Shown here: piece after piece, positions 12,858 to 25,200 of the stretch | Numbering within the stretch: the stretch's first letter is position 1 | Layout of the letters: every line of letters starts with the position of its first letter | Source of the DNA: Takakia lepidozioides | Lineage: Eukaryota; Plantae; Bryophyta | Length of the DNA stretch: 64,000 nt | NCBI GenBank assembly: GCA_030704615.1 | Contig: CM060731.1 | Coordinates: 24,862,001 to 24,926,000 of the forward strand | Direction of reading: 5' to 3' | Translations under genes and position numbers: made by a program | Notes under the pieces: model-generated | What the model saw: the letters and a program-made list of their open reading frames with translations, nothing else | Database searches by the model: none | What the model was told of the DNA's origin: nothing

Positions 12858-13180
12858 TCCAACCAAACTTGCTGCTTACAGAAATATTGATGAATTGCCA
12901 TCTTGCTGCCCTCATGTTTGCAGTGTCAAACTCTCTTTCATAAATGCTGCTCATTCAACCAATAGAACAAACCCCATCTTCTAAGTGGTGAAAGAGGTTG
13001 GCATCTCCTGCAAATGTCCTAAATTGCTCCTCCCAACCAATCTTGCTGCTTACAGAAATATTGATAGATTGCCACCTTCCTTGGAGAGGCAAACCCTCTT
13101 TCATCCACCATGTTGCTCATTCAACCAATAGAATAAACCCCATCTCATAAGTGGTGAAAAGAGGTTGGCATCTCCTACAA
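12858..13180. repeat. ~170-bp local duplication covering the DYW C-terminal remnant and its 3' flank
   Basis: ccaaccaa.cttgctgcttacagaaatattgat and ctcattcaaccaataga..aaaccccatct each occur twice. Confidence 0.75.
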
Positions 13181-13420
13181 CAATTTTCCAGAACTGCCTT
13201 CATCCTGTCAGCCGTGTGGCAGCAACAGTAACCACATACACCAAGGTTCTTAATGACAAGGAGTGACCTCCTAGGGAATTCTGATGACCGGGAAATCAAT
13301 GGCCAGATTATTACTTGAGTGAAGAATAGGAAACCCTTTTTGCTCCTCCACAGCATGCAATACACAGTGCATGTCAGGCATGTACCTGGCCTCGATATGC
13401 TCAGACAAAGAGACCCTCAT
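13118..13420 (-). pseudogene. Decayed DYW cytidine-deaminase domain downstream of the PPR ORF
   Basis: Frameshifted translation ARYMPDMHCVLHAVEEQK..HSS..LAIDF..LLVIKNLGV.GYC..EIVVGDANLFHH..DGV.S follows the DYW consensus GYVPD..VLHDVEEE..HSEKLAIAF..IKNLRVC.DC..REIVVRDANRFHHF.DG.CSC. Confidence 0.75.
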
Positions 13421-13598
13421 TTTATGAATGCAATTCACCTTCCACACAAGTGATTGTGCAGTTGCAAATTTTCATATGCTTGCGTTGAAAGCATTGTAGT
13501 CACTTTTCTTTTGTGGTTTGGCAGTACAATATATTTTGGACACCTCAATGCACCGTTGCTGCGTCTGTCACCTTCACTATCACTGGGATGCACAGCAC

Positions 13599-15410
13599 TT
13601 AAGTTGCAATGCGCTGTGGATCCTGCTTGAGCAAGCATTTTGCAGCACGTTCTGCTACCTTCAAATCACCATGAATTCTGCACGCACCAAGCAAGGCCCC
13701 CCAGACCGAAGCACCTGGTTCAGTAGGCATTCTGTTAATGAAGTCCTCTGCCTCATCCAACCGCCCTGCACGGCCAAGAAGGTCCACCATGCATGAAAAA
13801 TGCTCAAGTGTTGGAGTTAGGCCATGATCTTGACTCATGGAATTAAAGTAGTGAATGCCTTCAGACACTAGGCCCACAGATTTACATGCAGAGAGAAGAC
13901 ATATGAAGCTGATACAGTTTGGCTTCATGCGATCCTGTTTCATTCGTTCAAACAATTGCAGGGCTTCCATAGCACACCCATGCTGACCATATCCTGCAAT
14001 CATTGTGTTCCATGCGACAACATTTTGTTGAACCATATTGTCAAACACTGCACGTGCATCTTTCATGCTACCACATTTTGTATACATGTCAGCAAGGGCA
14101 GTCTCCAGAATGACATCTGGCAGAATTCCAGCTTTGATGATGTCAACATGTACCACTTTACCCTTTTCCAGGGCTGATAGGCTGGCACACGCTTGGACAA
14201 CGGAAATGAATGTGACCCTGTTGGGCCCTACCCCTTCATGTATCATTTGCTCATAGGTCTCCAATGCCTCCTGACCACACCCATGCTGAGCATATCCTGC
14301 AATCATTGCACTCCATGAGACCACATTTCTTTGAGCCATATTGTCAAACACTCGACCCGCATCCTTTAAGCTCCCACATTTAGCATACATATTGACAAGG
14401 GCAGTGTCCAAAATGATATCTGGAGCAATTCCAGCTTTACTGATGACAGCGTGGACACCTTTGCCCTTTTCAAGCACTGCCAGACTAGCACACGCATTGA
14501 CAATGCAAGTAAATGTGACCTTGTCAGGCATCACCCCTTCCTGTATCATTTGCTCATACATCTCCAAAGCCTCTCTACCACACCCATTCTTAGCATATCC
14601 TGCGATCATAGCAGTCCATGAGACCATATCTCGTCTAAGCATATTGTTAAACACTTGACGAGCATCCGTCATGCTCCCGCATTTGGCATACATGTTAACA
14701 AGGGCATTCTCCAAATTGACATGTGACACAATCCCAGCTCTTATGATGTCAACATGGACCTCTCTCCCCTTTTCCAGGGCAACTAGGCTGGCACACGCTT
14801 TGAGAACACAAATAAAGGTGATCGCATTGGGAATCACACCCTCCTGAATCATTCGGTCATAGATTCCAAAGGCCTCGCTCCCACAGACAGGCAGCTTGGT
14901 ATACCCTGCCATAATAATATTCCACGTAAACATATCTCGTTCAGTCATATTGTCAAACACAAGGCGTGCATCTGCGATACTTCCGCACTTAGCATACATG
15001 TTGATGAGGGTATTGAGTACAAAGATGTTTGGCTTGAATCCACTTCGGATAATGTGGGTGTGCACTTGCTTTCCCTGTGCTAGGCCTTTCATCTTGATGC
15101 TCTCCTGCAAGAGCCACACGTAACTAACGGAGTCTGCAGAAGTGCCTCCTTGGTTCAAAATCTGCAGGGCCTTGTTCAATCGTCCTGCTTTACATAGTAT
15201 CCTCAACTCCCCACAAGTGCCAGGAAAGCTTTTTCTTACTCCCTCTTCTTGTCGCCTTTCAAATGCCGTGGCCATGGTGGAGGTGTCTGATTCAAAAAAG
15301 AACCCTGCCACCCTGCATAACTTACCACTTTTAGTTACAGATTTTGATCCTAAACTCTCAGAATCCATCTCAATCCCACATAATCCAAAGAAAGATCTCT
15401 TCTGTTGCAT
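13599..15410 (-). CDS. PLS-class pentatricopeptide repeat protein, truncated in the E domain (organellar RNA-editing-factor type)
   Basis: 603-aa ORF with repeated (N/T)ALVNMYAKCGS..DA..VF..M..R(D/N)VVSW.AMIAGY, then HFSCMVDLLGRAGRLDEA and VWGALLGACRIHG. A TAA stands where the conserved Y of YVLLSN is expected. The true start is uncertain. Confidence 0.92.
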   Translation of the reverse strand: MQQKRSFFGLCGIEMDSESLGSKSVTKSGKLCRVAGFFFESDTSTMATAFERRQEEGVRKSFPGTCGELRILCKAGRLNKALQILNQGGTSADSVSYVWLLQESIKMKGLAQGKQVHTHIIRSGFKPNIFVLNTLINMYAKCGSIADARLVFDNMTERDMFTWNIIMAGYTKLPVCGSEAFGIYDRMIQEGVIPNAITFICVLKACASLVALEKGREVHVDIIRAGIVSHVNLENALVNMYAKCGSMTDARQVFNNMLRRDMVSWTAMIAGYAKNGCGREALEMYEQMIQEGVMPDKVTFTCIVNACASLAVLEKGKGVHAVISKAGIAPDIILDTALVNMYAKCGSLKDAGRVFDNMAQRNVVSWSAMIAGYAQHGCGQEALETYEQMIHEGVGPNRVTFISVVQACASLSALEKGKVVHVDIIKAGILPDVILETALADMYTKCGSMKDARAVFDNMVQQNVVAWNTMIAGYGQHGCAMEALQLFERMKQDRMKPNCISFICLLSACKSVGLVSEGIHYFNSMSQDHGLTPTLEHFSCMVDLLGRAGRLDEAEDFINRMPTEPGASVWGALLGACRIHGDLKVAERAAKCLLKQDPQRIAT

Positions 15411-15797
15411 TCAGTCCGTTCATGCGTATATTACCACAAAATAGTTGTGACATGTTACTACATAAAACATCTGTCCAACACCCTCAAGACACACATGCGC
15501 CCCCCCCCCCACCCCCCTGGCCGCAGCAGTTGTGTATAACCTCCTCTGCACCCTCCAATATCCTGCTCATTTGTGTCTAAAATGAGAGAAGTAACTAACT
15601 CTTCAATCAAAAATATAAGAATCCCGTTCCTCGGGTTGTGGAATGGGTTGTTCACTACGAGCCCTTAGCAAAACAACATATGCAAGTGACAGAAGATGAA
15701 AACTGCACAACTGCATCTGTTAAAGTGGAGGGACTGTCATACTGGATATGCACCGACGCTGTCGCTCCATTAGGGCTCGACACAGACTTCCCCTTAC

Positions 15798-16989
15798 CTG
15801 CTTCCAGCTTCTCCAATTGACCATCTATCCAAACTCGTCTCTTGTGACTATTAATCAACAGTGCCTTGTTGGTACTGTTTTGCTTGAGTTCTGGTCCTCT
15901 ATGACGGAGCTGCACCCACACTCCATCCCTGACCCCTTCAGCTTTTCCTACTGCGATGAAATAAAAATCTTTTCCTCACATGAAGTTGATAATGAAAACC
16001 CATAAACCCTGCCCTATCTACCACACACTGGGGCCCGGGGGAGAGAGGGGAGGGAGGAGAAAATCTTGTGTCAAAAAAAGAGAGGTAAACATGATATCGC
16101 TATTGGCTAGGGAATACCCTTGCAGGACTAATCCTCAATTGATACTTATGCTTTCAACCATCCAACATGTCAGCACCACCTCCCATACATATGACACCTG
16201 TGGACTTTACACCGTTGTGAAGCAGCACCTCTGTGGTTAAGTCCCCAATCCCCCTGTAGAAGGTATGACCTTCATTCCAGCACTCCAATGGCCGTCTGCT
16301 TGCAAGAGATTTGAGACATGTGGAGGTGATTGTGCAGTCCCAGGGAATTGAGTGTCCTCTGGAATTCCCCTCATACTGGACTGCATGAGGTTGATCCAGC
16401 ACTCATCCTTAAGCCCTCTATATTGCAGCAGACATGACAGGGTTGAATGCGGTTGCATGGCCTGGCCAGTCACAGTGGTGAAAAAGGCCAGACAAGAGAA
16501 AGATATATTTTGTAGGCACAATCTCCACAAAAATAAATCCTTACCAGAATGAGTTACTTTTAGACCTGTAAACCCAGCAACTGAGAGGGAGAGCTGTGTT
16601 GTTGGTTAGAGAGCAATTTTTGCAATGAATCTTGTTGTTAGGTAATAGGCATTCACCTTATAACCTCGATTTTCCAATAATTGACCCGGGTTTGGAAGAC
16701 ATTCGTTCCAAAGCTTCTGCTCGTCTCTACTTTGACTTTCTGGAATTTTTCCTGTGTTGGCAACTTCCTTGCTGAATCTGACAACGTCCTCGTCTGGTGG
16801 TCTCCACAGCCCCGCATGAAGCTTGAGACTGTTCGGAACAAATCTCAATGCCATGCGCGTCGGAAGATGCAAAGGAGCGTACCTTCTTAAAGCTTTAAAT
16901 CCAGGATCAGGCTTGTGGCCAACGTGGCCTTCTGGACCCTTGTGAGAAGATGATAAGCAAGGACTGCTCCTATGCGCTGCCAATGCCAC
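15798..16989 (-). other. Probable upstream exons of the PPR gene encoding a degenerate OSB-type PDF motif (exon ending at 16657; exon 15909-15798)
   Basis: Phase-0 splicing gives EQKLWNECLPNPGQLLENRGYK|LRHRGPELKQNSTNKALLINS....WIDGQL, matching LW..FF..P..WWDNR..K..P..PDFKHK.T..ALW....P.WV..QL. Confidence 0.55.
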
Positions 16990-17594
16990 CCCTTCTCTAA
17001 ATGTTTTACCAAGGACGGTGGTATGAAATCAGCCAGCCATTAAATACATCCAGAGCGTTCCTTGCATTAGGAATGACTCATGATCAAGGTGGCACCTAAG
17101 TGGCGAAGTCATTTTCCACCTGCCATCTGCCAATCCGGTAGAGATGACCTAAGAAGTGATCTAGACGCTGGAAGAGAACATTTCTACAGGCTCGTTTTCT
17201 AGGCATCTTGAGTGGAATCATGTGTCCGTTGGTGATATGCTTTGAGAATTCAGTGAGGTCAGTGTGCTACACTAGGGCTCTGCTCCTTGGAACGCTCTAA
17301 CACTGATTGTGCACGTGCTGAGCATGCATGCATTCACTCCCAGTGGTATTTCAGTTCGTACCTTGGGAGAAGACAAGAGAGAAAGGGGAGATTTCCTGGT
17401 AGAAGCAGCTGAAACTATGATACTGCACTCACTTGTATGAGAAGGAAGCAGGAAGGGCAGGCATTGCAATGTCCATGAAAGCTTGGAGGGCAGAGCTCTC
17501 ATCAGATCCCTCACTTTGCATCTTCAGACCCTTCATCTTCAATTTGAATTGTTCATTCGATGCACATTCATCCATCTTGGAGCCCTAGACTTGA

Positions 17595-17622
17595 ACTTCA
17601 CAAGCTCTAGAGCTTGTGAAGT
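17595..17622. repeat. Perfect 28-bp palindrome upstream of LSM3
   Basis: ACTTCACAAGCTCT-AGAGCTTGTGAAGT. Confidence 0.9.
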
Positions 17623-17682
17623 CGAGAAAGAGAGAGAGAGGAAGAAGAGGGGGGAGTTTTAGGGGAGTGTGGGGAAGGGGAA

Positions 17683-18306
17683 ATGGCGACAGAGGATGAC
17701 AGTGCGGTGAAGGAGCCCTTGGATTTGATTAGGCTCAGTCTTGACGAGCGTATCTATGTCAAACTGCGCTCGGACCGGGAACTTCGGGGAAAACTCCATG
17801 TACGCCTTCTTTCTCTCGCTCCAGGACTTCTCTAGGGTTTTATGTATCAGCTGCGCCTAGTATCGGCAGATTAGAGGATTTTCGTTATTTATTTTCCTCT
17901 CGCCCTCTTGGCAGTGTGATGACTGTGGTGGTTTTGTGGCAGGCGTATGACCAACATTTGAATATGATTCTTGGAGATGTGGAGGAGGTGGTCACATCAG
18001 TTGAGATTGATGATGAGACATATGAGGAGATCGTTAGGGTAATCGCACGTCCACCCTTATCTGGTTAGGTTCCAAGGTGTATGAAGAAGTGGCTTGCAGA
18101 TCGTTTAGGTGATCGATTAACCTGCTGGTTACATGGAGCATCTTTCTGCACTTGCATTGGTTCCAAGGTTTCGCTTGCGTTTCTCATGAATAGGCAATTG
18201 ATCTGTTTCTTGTGGCTGGTTGCAGACTTCAAAAAGGCACGTGCCATATTTGTTTGTGCGGGGAGATGGTGTGATTTTGGTCTCTCCTCCTTTGAGAACG
18301 TCATGA
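17683..18306 (+). CDS. LSM3: Sm-like protein LSM3, 97 aa; exons 17683-17799, 17943-18038, 18226-18306
   Basis: [54 protein letters not shown]...-..[17 protein letters not shown]. Absent from the ORF track because the exons are short. Confidence 0.96.
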
Positions 18307-20264
18307 AGCACTGGCGGGATTGAATATCATCTTCATGCGCATGGTATTCATTATGGAGAAATTACTTTTCGACATGTGCAAGTTGTTATGTCCACCTCTT
18401 TAAGCAGCGGCATTGGAGGTCTCTGAAGCAGTGGTGTATATGGGGAAGGGGGGTGGGAGGCACAGGGAGATAGAGAGAGGGGACGAGTATGCTAGTTTGA
18501 CAGAGAACTGGAATTTTACCTGGATTGGGGTGAAGGCCCACATGATTACGGTTATATCTCTGAGGAAGTTTAAGTTGTATTCACACAAGATATGCTGCTA
18601 GTCTTCATCCCTGTGTCTCAACCTGAATTTGGAGTTTTGGTTGAACGCAGACTATTGTTTCATGCTGTAAACCTGCGGTATGAGCTGGCACCTCAAACTT
18701 AATGATCAAATGAGCTGTAGTGAACTTGAGCATGGGAATGTAAGCCATTCAGTCAGTTGGAGTTTGTCTCTCACATTCGGACCTTCAAATACCTGTGGAA
18801 AGCCAGTACTATGCAGTCTCCGTATAAGTCAAAGAAGCAATCTTTTCCTAACCAGTTCACTGTTGTGGTATTTGTGGAAAGCAAGGTTTGCTGATGAAAT
18901 ATATGTGACAGCTTCCAGTAGTTTGTCTATTTTGCAGAGAGTGTGGTGTGATTTCTGTATTATCTTTGATGAATCTTGTTTCAACTTGCCTAAAGCTTGG
19001 ATGGTGACCATTACGAAGAATCATAGACACCCACACCTTCACAGTAATGTATTGTGGCGTTGTCTGCCTTGCAATTAACTTGAGAGGTTGAGCTTGGAAT
19101 GTCAGTGCACTTCACTTGTCTTACATATGAGAACGAAGGTAGTGGAGAACTTTGAGTAGAAGAAAGAATGTCTCCCTATTAACCCCTAAACACCTAATGG
19201 AGGTTTCACTTCAACATGGATTTATCTATGCTGCCAGATGGTGCATCTGAGATCTCCGCAGCTATTTGTTGCTCTATTCTGATGCAAATGGAAGCTTGAC
19301 AGGTGAGAAATGAGGCATGCGTCATCAGGGTTTCTAGCAGATCCTTGTGTAGTTTCTAATTCACCACCTATGCAGATTGCCTTTGAAACATTAGAACCTC
19401 GGTGATGTAGTGGTGGATTTGCATTTTTTTTTTGCATTGGCTACCCATGGTTGTTGGGTATCCAATCCTCCGGTGGGTAGGCCTGCATTTATCCTGAGCT
19501 GATACGAGGGCCATGTTATCATTGGGGTTTCCAGCCCCCGGCCTTTACGGGCTACCAATCAAATGTTATGGCAATCACTTTCTTTGGGCACCGTGGGTAC
19601 CTAATAGCATATAGAGAAGACTTGTTGAGGCAAGAAGCAAGCGCAACTTATGGTGTCAATCAACTAGGGCGTTCCATTTGAAAAAAAGTACATGCTTTCT
19701 AGTGGTTGTAACTTGTAGCAGGCCCGGCAAGAGTCAACCCTCTCTATCATAGATACCCACACATAAGTGACTGGTTAATCCAATTACCTCTTAACACATG
19801 TTAGGGTAGAGAGCCCAATAGTCTCGCAAATACTAACTTATTGGAGTTATTTCCTAGGGTAAAATAAGGTGAAATGAAATATTATAGTCTTTTCTGAAAG
19901 GGGTTCACCTTATTTATGAGCTGCACTAATCCGCACCTTGAATTGGTCTTTTAATAAAAAGTTACTGTAACATAGGGGGGTATATCTATTGAGAGATACA
20001 TTGAAAGAACTTAAACTACTCATAATTGACAGGTGCAATCACGCAAAATTCAATATAAATAGCGCAAAATAGCCCTATTATCGCGCAATCAGATTTGGAC
20101 GTTGCGCAAGAAGCCCTAATGTTACGACTGGCTTTTGGTGCAATAATTCTATGGAGGTATGTGTTACATTGAAAATTGAAGTGGTACATAAAGTTTCTGA
20201 CTACACATGTCAGATCTTCATCAAACTACTTTAATGCTCAAAAATCTAGATTGCATCGTGCAAA

Positions 20265-21485
20265 CTAGCGACGTTCTGTCAACCTATTTCTCTCTTTCTT
20301 TGCTCTGAATGTTCTCAATTTCTGCATTCTAACAGCACGTGCTACTGTGCTCCGGATCGTCGATGGCCCCAATCGTGCTACATACATGTGTGGTTCCAGA
20401 GTTCCATGTTCAATGAAATCTCTAAATTTCTTCCTCTTCGCTTCTAATTCAATTGCTTCTCGTTCAAAAGCTTCTTTAGCGAGTATCGCTTTTTGCAACT
20501 GAGCCTCTGTTCTTCTTTTCAAAGCTGCCTTACATAGACATCTTTTCTTCAGTTTCTCTTTTTTCTTCAATTGTTGCACGTTATGGTATTCTTCCAAACG
20601 CTGCTTGAATGTCTCGCTCGTTAGGAGAGCTCCAGAGCTTGTGTCCAATCCTGCTCTGCAACGAGGTGTGGCTCCAGAGCTTCTCTGTTGCATTGAACGA
20701 TAAGAAGGCACCGTAAGCACAGACTGCAAATCAACTGGAACATGAAACGATGGGGCACATGTTGTACTTGTGTTTCAAGTAGAACTCCATCAACATTCTG
20801 ATCCAGGATTTGCCTGTCATCGCATGAATTTAGGTCCACAACAGAAACCTCCATGTCGACATTCTTTTTTTCTTGCAAATGTGCATGCAGATGTTCCCCA
20901 TCAACTTGTTCATGCTCTGGTACTGTCACGTATGTTCCAGAGCAATTCATGTCTTCGATCCCATGTGCAGGTATGTTTTCATCGTGTATGGCCTCACAGA
21001 GAGGTACATATGGTGATCTGCAATTGAACCTGCGTTCTTCCATACATGTAGTCAGTGGATCAAGTGGATTTTCCTACTACAGTGGTATATAGGGTTCTGG
21101 AATATAGGGCTCCACCACCTCCTCATCCATCTCAACTGTACCGCTTCTAAGCTGCAATAGAGTGTTCACTCCATTTTCCTCGTCCACTCCACTTCAACTT
21201 CATTCACATGAATCTCTGGAGAGAAATGTGAATCAAGCTCCTCCTCTTCACTGTATGTTGTAGTCTCATACGGCTCGTTTGGTCCAAATTTGCTTGCACA
21301 TGCAAGTGGATTCAATCGCCATAACCCTGTTGCTTGAAATCCACTCGTAATATTGCTAGGAGTAAGGGCACGAGCCATTGCTCGACTTACTATTCTAGCC
21401 AACGCAGCTTTCTCCAAATTCCCAACAGGATGCCAATCTGTCATGGCATTCCGTCTAAATCCCAACTTGAAAGGTCGATAACAAG
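20265..21485 (-). mobile_element. pogo/Tc1-mariner DDE_1 transposon, 3' part of transposase (degenerate)
   Basis: CYRPFKLGF...ALTPSNITSGFQATGLWRLNP and LLTSETF followed by a basic coiled coil. Joins QPLDVA- on the other side of the Gypsy insertion. Confidence 0.8.
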
Positions 21486-22283
21486 TGTCGTGCACCTAAG
21501 CATCATGCCACAATATACATCGCTGTCCCCCATACATTCTAAGCACACAATCCTAGAAAGCTATGCCACAATGATAATGGAAGTGAACACACAATGTAAA
21601 CACTCCACTCATGAATCCACTCAATCACATAAACTAAGTCAAGCCAAGGGCACCTTTGCTAAAGGAATCCACCCTACAAAGCCCTCACCACACTCCCTCT
21701 CAATACCTAGAGCTATGGAGGTGGGAGAAGCTCATGGAGGCTCAACTACAAGAAGATGAGCCCTTCTCAACACTCACAAGGGAAAAACCCATCCCCGTGA
21801 CCCAAGTGAGGTTTGACACCTCACTTGGCATGTGAGACCAAATGAAATCCCAACACACAAAATACAAATATAAATATCCAAAATGTCCTAGTTAACTAGA
21901 AGTAGGTAATTCTAGTTAACCATGACTAAAACCATGACAGCTGTCGTGCACCTAAGCATCATGCCACAATATACATCGCTGTCCACCATACATTCTAAGC
22001 ACACAATCCTAGAAAGTTATGCCACAATCGCCCCCCTAGCTGGTGATTAGGTCCCTCTAACACCGGATAGTTGACAAGTATCCATCTCAATAAAATCATC
22101 GCTTGGTCTTCAATCGCACATGTCCCAGTATCTAAAATCAATAGATCAAGAGGCCGGGTGCAAAAGTAGCCCCATCGTTACTCGCCTTCCTGCAATCCAT
22201 GATCTTCAATTAAGTATCCATGGCGTTGAGCTCCCATCAGCTAGACCTTGGATCACTTGTCAATTCCACCATTGTCATGCCCA

Positions 22284-25200
22284 CTATCTATGTCCAAGGC
22301 ATTGTGGACACAACCATTCTCCACTAGGAACCTTCTCAAGTGGCGGTGTCAAGCATCCCATGTGCCACCCCCTTGACCATTTGTCACACACCAACATGGT
22401 CGCGGCACCACCAGCATGCCCACATAGCATGTAACGCAACCTTGTAGGTACCACTGCAAGGTTGGGATCTATCTTCCCATCCACATATGGAAGGTGACAT
22501 GGCGCACAATTGCGCACATGGTCTTTCCATACCATGCCATCTCGACCCTCCAAAATCAACACTCCTGAAGGCAACACCTCCCGGACCCTTAGAATCACAC
22601 GCCCTCCTATGACATCCGAAGTCGTAGGCGATGTCTGCTGCAGATACACATAGTCCCTAGGGTGGAAACGCCAAACACCTGGCCGATATCCCCCTCCACG
22701 TATAGTGGCGTACCTCAATGTCTCTCGGTGTTGGGCAATAACAAGGTTCTCAAAAGCCATAGGCATGACTCTCTTGAACAACTCTGCCCGTTGGGCACAT
22801 GTTTGTGTCCACACATCCGGATCATCAAGGTTGAGAACTACTGCAATCTCCATACGAATAGATGCAGGCAAATCTCGCTCTCGGCCAAAGAGAAGGAAAT
22901 AAGGCGAGAACGAGGCAAGTGATGCTTGTTTGCTAAACTAATAGCCCATAGCCAACCAAGGTAACTGAAGGTCCCAATCTCCTAGGTGTCCCTTCTGCAA
23001 GCCATACTTGCGCAAACCCCTATTCACTGTCTGAACAACCCTCTCTGCCAAGCCATCGGCCTCAGGATGATCCCGAGAAGTGGTGCGGTGGTCTACCAAG
23101 GCCTTGTCACACAACGCCTGAAACTCCCCCAAGAACTCTCTCCCTTGGTCCGTGAGTACCTCAGCTGGAGCACCGAATCGGCTAAGTACACAATCCAAGA
23201 ATGCATACGCAGCTCCCTCACTAGCCTTATCAGGCAATGGAACCAACTCGATCCACTTGGAGAAGTGCTCCACCATCACCAACACGTACTTGTTGTGGCG
23301 CATGGTCAGTGGCAACGGCCCTGCGAAGTCAAGACTCCACCTGTAGCCCAATCCCATGATCGGAAGAGGGTGCAGTTGTGGAGTAGGGACGTTGAATGAA
23401 GCACTCACCCTGTCACACATCATGCACCTAGCCACAAATTGTTGCACCTCTGTGTGCATACCAAGCCACAAATACTGCCCCTGCAGTAGACTATGAGTGC
23501 GTCGCATCCCAAAATGCCCTCATGGGCATGCCGCACTAACCGTACCCGCTGTGTTGGGTGAGGCACAATCCTCACTCGACCATCCTCCCACACTCGGAGC
23601 AGGTGTGTCCCCTCCCACTTGAACCTCTTGGCTCGTTGTAGGATCCGATCCCTCTCCTTGGCAGTCACAATGGCTGATGTGTCTCTAGTGCGGAGGTAGT
23701 CCAACACAGCTGAATCCTCATGTATATCTTTGGCGCCACCTTGCTCATTGCTGGCCTCAGGGTCCTCAGACACTCGGTCTACAGTCATCCCTGTTGTAGG
23801 TCCAACCTGGCCTTCCGCTGCCAAGATACACAGAAATGCAAATGCATGCCATCCGGGCACCATCTCCTCGTCTGTCTCACCATGCCACCGAGCTCCAGTA
23901 TCATCCTGCTGGCTCGTGCATGGATTGCGACTCAACCCATCTACATCCCGATTGACCAAACCCGGTCGATGCACAACCTGAAAGTCATACTCTTGAAGGA
24001 TGAGTGCCCACCGTGCAAGCTTCCCCGTAAGCTTGTCTGACTCCATCAACCACTTGAGTGGTTGGTGATCCGTGACAAGGGTGAAGAGATTGCCGTATAG
24101 ATAGCACCTGAAGTGTGCCATGGCCCACACTGCAGCTAAGCATTCTCCCTCATATGAGCTATACTTAGACTCTGCAGCGTTGTTCGAGCGGCTAGCATAA
24201 GCCACTACGAACTCTCTTCCCTCATCATCCACCTGTGTGAGCACCGCTCCAAGCCCCAACATGCTCCAATCTGTATGCAGCTGAAAATGACGCCCCCTGA
24301 TAGGTCGTCTCAAGATGGGCGCCGAGGTCAACCTCGTCTTGAGCTCTTGAAAAGCTTGTTCTTGCTCATCTTCCCACTGCCACTCCTGATCCACCTTGGT
24401 CAATTTGGTTAGAGCCTTTGCAATGGCACTAAATCCCTTAACAAACCGTCTATAATAGTTTGCTAACATGAAAGCTCGAACTCGGCTCACATCCGTGGGG
24501 CGTGGAATCTGTGCAATGGACTCTACCTTAGTCTGTTGTACCCCCAATCCTCCAGGATATATCATGTGACCCAGATACTCAATTTGGTTGTGGAAAAACT
24601 TGCACTTCCCCGGATGTAACTTCAATCCGTGCGCCCTCAAACGCTCAAATATCACCTGAAGGTGTCTCTCATGCTCCTCCACCGTAGCACTAAAGATGAT
24701 GATGTCATCTATGTAGCACCGAGCAAACTCCACCCCTGCTAGAATCCTGTCCATGACTCTCTGAAACTCTGCCGGAGCGTTCTTAAGCCCAAATGGTAAG
24801 AACCGCCACTGGTATAGGCAATCCTTCCCGTGCTCCTTGATCCCGTAGAATGTCGTCTTCTGCTTATCCGCCTCCTTGATCGGCAACTGGTGATATCTGG
24901 ATCGTAAATCCGAAGTGCTAAAGACCTTGGCATGCCCAATGGCATCAAAGATCTCCTTTGGTGTCGGCATGGCACCTATGGGACTTGGTCTGACGATTTA
25001 CAGGCCGGTAATCACCGCACATACGTCTCTCCGTCCAATTGCCATAGATATCCTTCTTGGCTGGCATCACTGTGGCTGAAGCATACTCTCCTGCACTCTC
25101 TTCCTTTCCTGACGGTACAAAGGCCTCTACCCAGGCTTGTTGCACCCGTCTATCAGTAGCCTGCTACAAATCCTTACTCGTACCCCACAATGGAGTGTGA

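Noticed and set aside
19436-19605. Small MITE with imperfect terminal inverted repeats
   Set aside because: The match is weak (about 13 of 17) and no TSD is supported.
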